Shown piece after piece: positions 20,599 to 28,541 of a DNA stretch of 64,000 bases. The stretch lies in the NCBI GenBank assembly GCA_947624195.1, contig CANQJH010000001.1, positions 49,233-113,232 on the forward strand. The letters are read 5' to 3'. A program made the translations under genes and the position numbers. A model generated the notes under the pieces. That model worked only from the letters and a program-made list of their open reading frames with translations. It was not told the DNA's origin and ran no database searches. This DNA is from an uncultured Clostridia bacterium. Lineage in GTDB: Bacteria > Bacillota > Clostridia > TANB77 > CAG-508. Within the stretch, counting starts at the first letter, position 1. The number at the start of each line of letters is the position of its first letter.

Positions 20599-21807
20599 AT
20601 GGAAAAACAAAAGAAACAAGGAATTTTGAACATTAAAAACAGTAAAGGTATAACGTTAGTAGCATTAGTAATAACCATAATAATAATGCTAATATTAGCA
20701 GGGGTGGCATTAAGACTAGCATTAGGAGAAAATGGTTTATTTAAAATGTCAGAGAAAGCAGTAGAGAAGTATAAAGAGGAAGCAGCAAAGGAAGAAAATA
20801 CACTAGGGAATATGGAAAAACAACTAAAGTACATGATAGAGGGCTATGTGCCAGACAGAAGTATGCTAAAAGTAGGAGATGAAGTAAATTATACGCCCCA
20901 AACGGCAAAAACGACATATACTTTAGAAGGTAACAAAAGTGGATACGGAGACTATACAAGTAGTAAACCTAAAACAATGACAAAAGCAACAGACCAAGAA
21001 ATAAGTCAAGAGAATTATACATGGAAGATAATGGACATAAATAGTAAAACAGGAGAAGTAAAAATAATGGGCGTACCAACAAGTAGTATGCCTACAGTAT
21101 ATTTCAAAGGAGCATTAGGATATAACAATGGAGTATATCTTTTGGATGATATATGTAAAACATTATATAGTAATAGTGACTTGGGAGTAACAGCAAGAAG
21201 TATAGATATAGAAGATATTGAAAGTAAAATGAATGACAAAGGAAGAGATGCAAAAAATGATTATATATCAGAAAATCAAACAACCAAAGAATTTAACGGA
21301 AGTAATGCATATTACCCTAACATATATAAATATCAACAAGATTCAAATATAGATGGAACAGAAAAGACAGAAGGAATAAGTGAAAGTGATGATGGAACAA
21401 AAACAGAAGCAGGAATACCAATTGAGCATGCAACAAATGTAGAAGGATATACACAAGCAGAAACAAGTATCACAGTAAAAGGAACATACTATTATGCAAC
21501 GCAAAATGCAGGATATTTTGATGATGAAGACTTTTACAATTTAATGTTTAAAACAGGTACATATTATTGGCTTGCTTCGCGTTATTCTGGTTGCTTCTCG
21601 AGTAGCTCTTGTGCTGACTTTGGGCTTCGCATTGTGGCCAGCTCTAGCATCAACGGTTACAAAATGTTCAATTCGGATGGCGATTACGACGACGACAATA
21701 TTCGCGTTTGCCCGGTAGTTTCTCTAGGGGCTAATATCCAAATCACAAGAGATGGAAACGCAGGAGCATGGGACTTATCGAAGGACCCAAATTTTGGTGG
21801 ATTTTAA
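20599..21807 (+). CDS. pilin-like-anchored protein with a C-terminal DUF1566/Fib_succ-major-like (C-type-lectin superfamily) domain; candidate DGR target 3
   Basis: N-terminus KGITLVALVITIIIMLILAGV plus an ALGENGLFKMSEKAVEKYKEE stalk shared with the other three targets. The C-terminus has YYW...NIRVCPVVSL resembling the YWSS...VRCVR motif of DUF1566. Confidence 0.75.
   Translation: MEKQKKQGILNIKNSKGITLVALVITIIIMLILAGVALRLALGENGLFKMSEKAVEKYKEEAAKEENTLGNMEKQLKYMIEGYVPDRSMLKVGDEVNYTPQTAKTTYTLEGNKSGYGDYTSSKPKTMTKATDQEISQENYTWKIMDINSKTGEVKIMGVPTSSMPTVYFKGALGYNNGVYLLDDICKTLYSNSDLGVTARSIDIEDIESKMNDKGRDAKNDYISENQTTKEFNGSNAYYPNIYKYQQDSNIDGTEKTEGISESDDGTKTEAGIPIEHATNVEGYTQAETSITVKGTYYYATQNAGYFDDEDFYNLMFKTGTYYWLASRYSGCFSSSSCADFGLRIVASSSINGYKMFNSDGDYDDDNIRVCPVVSLGANIQITRDGNAGAWDLSKDPNFGGF
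21561..21735 (+). other. putative DGR variable-region-like patch in target 3 (strongest composition signal)
   Basis: The first ~90 nt contain roughly 10% A by hand count, against roughly 35-40% A in flanking coding sequence. Dense TGC/TCG/CGC/GGC codons; the composition falls back to normal about 80 nt before the stop. Confidence 0.5.
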
Positions 21808-21810
21808 ATG

Positions 21811-21840
21811 CGCCTTGGAGGCCTTAGGTCTCCAGGCGAC
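21811..21840 (+). other. GC-stem hairpin 3 nt after the target 3 stop, with no U-tract
   Basis: gcgccttggag-gccttaggt-ctccaggcgac followed by taaagagg. Confidence 0.45.
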
Positions 21841-21957
21841 TAAAGAGGGTGATTAAAATAAGTATAATAACAATAGTTAAAGAATTGAAAAAAAATAGTG
21901 ATTTTATTTTCGAAGAAAAGTTAAAAATCACTATTTTTGTTTTATTGTAGATATTGA

Positions 21958-22053
21958 TTATTTATTTGAGTCGTTATGGTTTTGATTGTTTTTAGAATTG
22001 TTGCTGTTTTGGTTATTGTTTTGATTATTTGACTTTTTAGAATCCTTTGACAT
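21958..22053 (-). CDS. small N/Q-rich hydrophilic protein (31 aa)
   Basis: MSKDSKKSNNQNNNQNSNNSKNNQNHNDSNK with a strong RBS (ggaggtg, 7-nt spacer); below the ORF-track length cutoff. Confidence 0.4.
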   Translation of the reverse strand: MSKDSKKSNNQNNNQNSNNSKNNQNHNDSNK

Positions 22054-22296
22054 ATAAAGCACCTCCATTCATTTTATAATATAATTGTTTCCTGAAAAAT
22101 AAAAAATATACATTAATAAATTGATAGCTTGTAAATATAAGTTTTTTATTATATAATACACTCTGATATTTAACAAAAAGATTGTAAAACAAAAATTTAA
22201 TAACTATTTAACAACAGATTAAAGGATAGTTTGACTTAAAATTTAAGTGCATACATAATAAAAATTGAACAAAAATATAAAAAAGGATATAAGATT

Positions 22297-22980
22297 ATGG
22301 AAAAAGAAAATTTTGTAATATGTGTTGAGGGAATGGTTTCATCGGGTAAATCTTCTATGTGCAAGGAATTAATAAAATTAATTCCAAATTGTATTTATAT
22401 AGATACTGGCTACATTTATAGAGGAATTGTTTTTGCATTAATTAAAAATGGCATTAGTTTGACTGAAGCTAAAGAAAATGTTCTTAAATACATGAAAGAG
22501 CTTGATGTTGAGTTTAATGTAGAAAATGGAATTACAGAAGTATATATTGCCGGTGAGAAAATTAAAAATGATGAAATTGAAAGTATGGAAAATTCAATGG
22601 GAGTATCTAAGGTGGCTAGTATAGCTAATAATAAGCCTTTGTACGCATTTGGAAAACAAATCATTGAAAACTACAAAAAGAATTTTAATGTAATATGCTC
22701 AGGTAGAGGAATGATAAATATGTATCCTGAGATGGATTGTCATTTATTTATTACCGCTTCACTTGATGCCAGAGTGCAAAGGAGATACAAACAATATGAT
22801 GGAAAGTACTCCCTTGAGGAAGTGCGCAAAAGTATTGAGGAAAGAGATAAATTGCATGAAGCATCTGGTTTTAATCAAACCTGTGATGTTACTCTGGAAA
22901 TTGATTTAAGTGACTGTAATTCTGCAAAAGAATCTGCTCAAAAAGTCCTAAATGAAATTAAAGCTAAGGGAATTGTTTAA
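22297..22980 (+). CDS. cytidylate kinase-like P-loop kinase
   Basis: P-loop EGMVSSGKSS followed by DTGYIYRG, which resembles the Cmk DxGxxYR motif. Confidence 0.55.
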   Translation: MEKENFVICVEGMVSSGKSSMCKELIKLIPNCIYIDTGYIYRGIVFALIKNGISLTEAKENVLKYMKELDVEFNVENGITEVYIAGEKIKNDEIESMENSMGVSKVASIANNKPLYAFGKQIIENYKKNFNVICSGRGMINMYPEMDCHLFITASLDARVQRRYKQYDGKYSLEEVRKSIEERDKLHEASGFNQTCDVTLEIDLSDCNSAKESAQKVLNEIKAKGIV

Positions 22981-23164
22981 ATGTGCAAAAGATTGACAAT
23001 TCATACATATATGCAACTAAGGATTAGCAATTGTGAATTGTAAAAAATGAGATAATTATTTTGTTATAAATAAGAATCGTAACAAAAGATAATAACTATT
23101 TGATTGTAAATAAGCATATAATTAATTAATTCCAATATTATTAAATGGGGGAAAAGTTTAGATT

Positions 23165-24613
23165 ATGGATAGTTATAAAAATTCTCAATTGGAAGAATTA
23201 AAAAATGATAATTATAAGAATGTGAAATTGGAAGAATTTAATAAGACTATATCTAACAAAAGAGTTGCCATTATTGGACTTGGTGTAAGCAACATCCCGC
23301 TTATTAATTACTTTAAAGATTTGGGAAGTTCGGTTTCTGTTTTTGATGACAGGGATGAAAGCAAAATAGAGCCAGATATTTTAGAAGAGCTAAAACAAAA
23401 TAATATTAAATTTTATTTAGGCGAAAATTGCTTAAAAGATTTGATAGGATTTAACTACATTTTTCGTTCGCCAAGTTGTATGCCATGGAGAGAAGAAATC
23501 CAAAAAGAAGTGAAAAATGGTGCTATTTTAACATCAGAAATTGAGCAAGTGTTAGAACTTAGTCCAAGCCATATTATAGGTGTGACTGGAAGTGATGGCA
23601 AAACAACAACAACTACTTTAGTGTATAAATTATTACAAGCTGAGGGATACAAATGTTTTTTGGGTGGCAATATAGGCACTCCGCTATTTACTCAAATTAA
23701 GGATATGGAGCCTGATGACTATGTTGTATTAGAGCTTAGCAGTTTTCAGCTAATGGATATGAAAGTAAGTCCGGAAATATCAATAGTTACCAACATTAGC
23801 CCTAATCATTTAAATGTACATAAAGATTATCAAGAGTATATTGATAGCAAAAAGAATATTTATTTACATCAAAGTCAAAATGGTATATTGGTTATAAACA
23901 AGGACAATGACATAACAAAAGAGTTTTACAAAGATGCTCCGGGAAAGGTTAGATTTTTTAGTCATAAGCAATTACTAAATGATGGTGTGATATTTGATGA
24001 AAATGATAGGACTATTAAAATATGCGAGGATGGAGTTAGAAAACATATTTTAAGGCAAAAAGATATGTTGATTAAAGGTGAACATAACTGCGAAAATGCT
24101 TGTAGTGCTATCTCTGCAGTGCTTGGTTTAGTTAAGGAAGACAATATAATTTCTACAATAAAAAATTTTGCTGGTGTTGAGCATAGGCTTGAGTTTGTTA
24201 GAGAAATTGATGGAGTAAAATGGTACAATGATTCTATTGGAACGAGCCCAACAAGAACTATTGCAGGACTTAATTCTTTTGATGAGAAAATTGTTTTAAT
24301 TGCTGGTGGATATGATAAGCACTTGGATTATACTCCAATTGGCAAGCCAATACTTGATAATGTTTCTAAGCTAATTTTAATGGGTGATACGGCAGAGAAA
24401 ATCTATAATAGCGTTGCTCAAGAAATGCAAGTGCAAAATAAGTCTATTCCTATTTACAGGTGTGCGACTTTACAAGAGGTTGTAAACAAAGCTAGAGAAG
24501 TTGCTACAAGTGGGGAAGTAGTACTATTTTCTCCTGCTAGTGCAAGTTTTGATTTATTTAAAAATTTTGAAGAAAGAGGAGAGAAGTTTAAGGACTTAGT
24601 GCGCGCAATTTAG
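23165..24613 (+). CDS. murD: UDP-N-acetylmuramoylalanine--D-glutamate ligase
   Basis: Mur ligase with GVTGSDGKTTTTTL P-loop and conserved middle and C-terminal domains. Confidence 0.85.
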   Translation: MDSYKNSQLEELKNDNYKNVKLEEFNKTISNKRVAIIGLGVSNIPLINYFKDLGSSVSVFDDRDESKIEPDILEELKQNNIKFYLGENCLKDLIGFNYIFRSPSCMPWREEIQKEVKNGAILTSEIEQVLELSPSHIIGVTGSDGKTTTTTLVYKLLQAEGYKCFLGGNIGTPLFTQIKDMEPDDYVVLELSSFQLMDMKVSPEISIVTNISPNHLNVHKDYQEYIDSKKNIYLHQSQNGILVINKDNDITKEFYKDAPGKVRFFSHKQLLNDGVIFDENDRTIKICEDGVRKHILRQKDMLIKGEHNCENACSAISAVLGLVKEDNIISTIKNFAGVEHRLEFVREIDGVKWYNDSIGTSPTRTIAGLNSFDEKIVLIAGGYDKHLDYTPIGKPILDNVSKLILMGDTAEKIYNSVAQEMQVQNKSIPIYRCATLQEVVNKAREVATSGEVVLFSPASASFDLFKNFEERGEKFKDLVRAI

Positions 24614-24786
24614 TACGTTACCATTATGTGCAATAAAAAACAACTATATTTATGTTATACGCAATGTACAAAACATAAAATAGTTGTTTTTATTAAATAA
24701 ATAGATTGAAGTTATTATTAATTATATATAAATTTAAACTATTATTAGTTAAATAGACTAGAATTATCAATCATTTTAAACAAATT

Positions 24787-24994
24787 AAAATTATTATTAA
24801 TTATATAGATTAATAATAAATTTTTTCACTTAAAGTATATGGTATTAAAATATTTTTGTCAATACTATGTTGATAAAAATTTTTTTATTTTTTTCATCAA
24901 AATAATTCAAAAAGCCTGATATAACTGTGAAACAAGTATTTTTAAATTATTATTAAACTATATATTTAATAATAAATAAAAATAGGAGGAAACC
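24787..24994 (+). repeat. duplicated 5' regulatory region (copy 2) upstream of target gene 4
   Basis: See 20389..20598. Confidence 0.8.
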
Positions 24995-25981
24995 ATGAAA
25001 AAACAAAAGAAAGAAAACAAGTTCAACTTAAAAGAACAAGGTATAACGCTAGTTGCGTTAGTAGTAACAATAATAATACTTTTAATCTTAGCAGGAGTAA
25101 CAATCAACATAGCTTTAAGGGAAAATGGATTATTTAAAATGTCAGAGAAAGTAGTAGAGAAGTATAAGGAAGAAGCAGGAAAGGAAGAGGAAACATTACA
25201 GGATTTAGAACAACACATAAAAAATAATACACCCGTTGAACCAGCAGAAGAACCTAAAGAGCCTATAGGAAAAACACCGTATGTAGGATATTATGCAAGT
25301 AGAGATGGAATAACAGTAGATGGAATAATATATGCAGACCAAGCAGTAGGAAATACAAACGGAACAAAATGGAGTGATGGTGATGGAACCTACACAATAC
25401 CAATAAAAGAAGAAGGCTTAAAGGAATACTATATAAGTCAAGAATCATACACAACAGAAGCCTTTGGACCAAAACCTGTGTTAACACCAATAAATGATGA
25501 AGGAGAAGACAGATTTTATATCATGTCACTTGAAGATTTTGGAGGAAAAGGACAAAGTTATTATTGGTATTATAGCGCATTTAAAAATATGAGTGATTAT
25601 AGTACAGCAACATCAACAAAATTTGGAACTGGAAAAACCAATACAGAGAACATGGTAGCAAAGTGGACGGCGGGAGAAAGTGAAGATGGTTATGGAAAGC
25701 AAGATGGGGGAAGCACATATAAAGATATATGGGGATACTTTTCAAGAAAAGAAATACCAGAAGGATGGTTTTTACCATCAAGAGGAGAATTAGCAGCATT
25801 TATGCAAGAATTAGGGATAAACAGCAGTAATTATTCTAATCAATTTCAATTATCTAGTTATTACTGGTCGTCGTCGCAGTTCAATTTTAACTACGCATGG
25901 CTCGCGTACATGCTTATTGGTTGTATGAGCAGCTACACTGTGAATTACGGCCGCTGCGTGCGCCTGAGTGCGACTTTCTGA
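24995..25981 (+). CDS. pilin-like-anchored protein with a C-terminal DUF1566-like domain; candidate DGR target 4, immediately upstream of the RT
   Basis: N-terminus QGITLVALVVTIIILLILAGV and a conserved stalk. The C-terminus SSYYWSSSQFNFNYAWLAYMLIGCMSSYTVNYGRCVRLSATF fits the YWSS...AW...R.VRCVR signature. Confidence 0.75.
   Translation: MKKQKKENKFNLKEQGITLVALVVTIIILLILAGVTINIALRENGLFKMSEKVVEKYKEEAGKEEETLQDLEQHIKNNTPVEPAEEPKEPIGKTPYVGYYASRDGITVDGIIYADQAVGNTNGTKWSDGDGTYTIPIKEEGLKEYYISQESYTTEAFGPKPVLTPINDEGEDRFYIMSLEDFGGKGQSYYWYYSAFKNMSDYSTATSTKFGTGKTNTENMVAKWTAGESEDGYGKQDGGSTYKDIWGYFSRKEIPEGWFLPSRGELAAFMQELGINSSNYSNQFQLSSYYWSSSQFNFNYAWLAYMLIGCMSSYTVNYGRCVRLSATF
25855..25978 (+). other. putative DGR variable-region-like patch at the extreme 3' end of target 4
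   Basis: Roughly 18% A by hand count over ~120 nt. Contains TCG-TCG-TCG, GCG, CGC, GGC and CTG codons that are rare elsewhere in this AT-rich genome. Confidence 0.5.
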
Positions 25982-26004
25982 TTTTGTAAAAAATCAGAAA
26001 AATA

Positions 26005-26075
26005 TAGGCCTACATTATGTAAATAATGTAGGCAATTCAAACCGAGATATTCTTCGTAAGAAGAAACTCGGTTTG
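26005..26075 (+). other. two consecutive stem-loops between target 4 and the RT, neither followed by a U-tract
   Basis: taggcctacatt...aatgtaggc (26005..26033) and caaaccgag...ctcggtttg (26038..26075), the latter with a nested ttcttcgtaagaagaa palindrome. Confidence 0.5.
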
Positions 26076-26178
26076 AATTAAAAGGATTAGATTGATAAAA
26101 GGAAATTTATTATAGAAAATGCGAGTTTCATTATATTAAGTTTAAATACTCTTCTTATGAAGAGTATTTTTATAAGAG

Positions 26179-27321
26179 GTGTATATGGATAATAAGCTAA
26201 CTTTTGAAGATTTATATGAAGCATATAATTTATGTTTAAAAAATAAAAAAAATAAAATAGGAACATATAATTTTGTAAACTATAATTTATGCAAAAATTT
26301 AATGGAGCTACTAGAAGAATTAAATAATAAACAATACATTCAAAGACAATCTAATTGTTATGTAGTTAAGGATCCAGCATTGAGAGAAATATATGCAGCT
26401 CAATTTTTTGACAGAGTAGTACAGCATTTTTATATGAAAGAAGTAGAACATATTTTAGAAGAACAATTAGTTGACGGTTGTTGTTCATGTAGAAAAAATA
26501 AAGGTAATGATTATGCTCTTCAATTATTAAAGAAATATCTTAAAGTAGTATCGAATAATGGGAAAAAAGACTGTTACTTTCTTAAAATTGATTTATCTGG
26601 ATATTTTATGTCAATAGATAGAAAGCAAATAAGTCAAAAGTTCTTAAATCTTATAAGCAATAAATATAAAGGACCATATAAAGAATTACTCATTTATTTA
26701 ACTCCAATTATATTTGAAAATAATCCGGCAGTGAACTGTAAGTATAAATGTAATGAAAAAGTAAGAAACCTAGTACCTGAAAGAAGAAAAATGAATCCGA
26801 AATCCGATTATGGAATGGCTATAGGTAATTTGACTTCTCAGGCAGGTAGCAATTTTAATCTCAGTGAATTTGATAATTACGTTGTATATAAACTAAATCT
26901 AGTTAATTATATTAGATATGTTGACGATATGGTGATAATTTCAAATAATAAACAAGAGTTACAAAATGCAATGCCGTATATAATAAATAAACTTAAAGAA
27001 ACTAATCAATCTATAAGTGAAAAGAAAACTAAAATAGATACTGCGTATCATGGAGTACCATTTTTGGGAAAAGTTTCTTTTCCATACGGTTATCAAAAAG
27101 CTAAAAAATCGACAATAGTGAGAGTATATAAAAGGGGTAGAGAAATTAGATATAAGGACACAGACAATTTATTAGCAAAAACAAATTCGCAAATTGGATT
27201 GCTAAAAGGATATAACTGCAGAAAACTAATATTAAATTATTCTAAAATTATACAAAACAAAACGGGAGACGAAATTTATTTGAATGAAGAAATGTTAAAA
27301 TTTTGTAAAAAGAATAAATAA
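26179..27321 (+). CDS. diversity-generating retroelement reverse transcriptase
   Basis: RT motifs ALREIYAAQFFDRVVQH (motifs 1/2), LKIDLSGYFMSIDRK (motif 3), AIGNLTSQ (the DGR-specific GxxxSQ motif 4) and YVDDMVII (motif 5). The likely start is the ATG at 26185 with an aagagg RBS; the track begins at a GTG at 26179. Confidence 0.85.
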   Translation: MYMDNKLTFEDLYEAYNLCLKNKKNKIGTYNFVNYNLCKNLMELLEELNNKQYIQRQSNCYVVKDPALREIYAAQFFDRVVQHFYMKEVEHILEEQLVDGCCSCRKNKGNDYALQLLKKYLKVVSNNGKKDCYFLKIDLSGYFMSIDRKQISQKFLNLISNKYKGPYKELLIYLTPIIFENNPAVNCKYKCNEKVRNLVPERRKMNPKSDYGMAIGNLTSQAGSNFNLSEFDNYVVYKLNLVNYIRYVDDMVIISNNKQELQNAMPYIINKLKETNQSISEKKTKIDTAYHGVPFLGKVSFPYGYQKAKKSTIVRVYKRGREIRYKDTDNLLAKTNSQIGLLKGYNCRKLILNYSKIIQNKTGDEIYLNEEMLKFCKKNK

Positions 27322-27411
27322 AGCTTGTTATATAGGAAAAATAAATAAATAGAAAAAATTGTAACAATACAATACCTCACTACATAAATTAATGTAGGAG
27401 GTATTTTTATA

Positions 27412-28338
27412 ATGTATGATGATTATTTTAAAAATATAATTGGTGGAAGTATAAAGTCTCCAGAATACTATGTTTCTACATATGATAACCATACTTATCA
27501 GCCTAGACAAGTAAGTGCTCTTCCAGGATACAATTATTCTGCCGATACAAATTTTAATGACAATGACATTGAAGATTTATATCCAGATATTTATAAAATT
27601 GTATCCCCAATGGTAGATAAACTTTTAGACGGAAAAACTTTTGATAATGTAAATGAAGACATGTTGGTAAAATGGACTGTGGAAATCTATGATGCTCTTG
27701 AAGTTGATGATGATAATACCAAATTAGTAAATGATAATGTTGCTAAAACTGGCAGTAGTGTTATTTCTAATGGTACTAGTAGATCAAATGTAAATCAAGG
27801 AGTTGCAGGTAATAGTAGCAATAATACTATAAGACCTGGCTCTAACTATGAAAGTGAAACTACTAGCGCAAGGACTGCACAGAGAACGGTGCTATCTAAT
27901 ACAGTTGCAAATACACCTTCTAATACTATGACTAAAGCGGGAATAACTACACCTTCTTCTACAATAAGTAGTACAGCGGTCAATACATCATCTAATTCGA
28001 TAACTAATACAGGAGTAAGCGCATCACCTAATACAGTAAATAATGCAACAGTCAATGCAATATCTAATTCTACAACAAATAAAGAACCAAAAGTGGTTGA
28101 TGTAGTAAGTAGATATAGAAATTATAAAAATCCGCTTCTAAGGGATTTAATAAGAATATTGATTTTAAATAAATTATATGGAAATCGTAGACCGCCAAGA
28201 GGTATGCCAAGACCTTATCAAGACTTTGAACCAACATTTATTCCTATGCCAGATTATAGTAGTGTAAACACAGAAGTTTATAAACCTTATACTAATTATT
28301 CTAAAGCTTACTTAGACACACCTTATCCAGAAGAATAA
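27412..28338 (+). CDS. hypothetical protein with an S/T/N-rich low-complexity core and a Pro/Tyr-rich C-terminus
   Basis: The RBS is embedded in a hairpin (cctcactacat...atgtaggagg). The middle third is repetitive SNT/ANT; possibly a spore-coat-like structural protein. Confidence 0.45.
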   Translation: MYDDYFKNIIGGSIKSPEYYVSTYDNHTYQPRQVSALPGYNYSADTNFNDNDIEDLYPDIYKIVSPMVDKLLDGKTFDNVNEDMLVKWTVEIYDALEVDDDNTKLVNDNVAKTGSSVISNGTSRSNVNQGVAGNSSNNTIRPGSNYESETTSARTAQRTVLSNTVANTPSNTMTKAGITTPSSTISSTAVNTSSNSITNTGVSASPNTVNNATVNAISNSTTNKEPKVVDVVSRYRNYKNPLLRDLIRILILNKLYGNRRPPRGMPRPYQDFEPTFIPMPDYSSVNTEVYKPYTNYSKAYLDTPYPEE

Positions 28339-28541
28339 GTATTTCAATTATTTAGTAATTTTGAAGATAACTTTTACGTAATAAATGTTGTATAAAGCTT
28401 GACAGAAAAGAATCTAATTCATATAATGTCTATAGGATTTTAAATAAAAAAAATTAATTAATTTTTAGGTAAATAAAAGTATAAATAATTATAAATAACT
28501 ATAAATAAGTCATAGGTAAACAAAGGGAGAAATAGAGTTTA

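Noticed and set aside
21958-22053. AAC/AAT-rich segment (minus strand) considered as an Asn-codon-rich template repeat
   Set aside because: It has almost no non-A scaffold positions and no GC-rich 3' IMH-like end. It forms a clean 31-codon ORF with a strong RBS, so it is better explained as a small protein gene.
27760-28090. A-rich, AAT/ACT/AGT-codon low-complexity stretch just downstream of the RT, considered as the template repeat
   Set aside because: A TR must retain all G, C and T positions of its VR. This stretch is very poor in G and C and lacks the TGG/TGC/GGC scaffold codons. Codon-by-codon comparison with all four candidate VRs fails at non-A positions. It reads as a genuine S/T/N-rich linker of the 308-aa protein.
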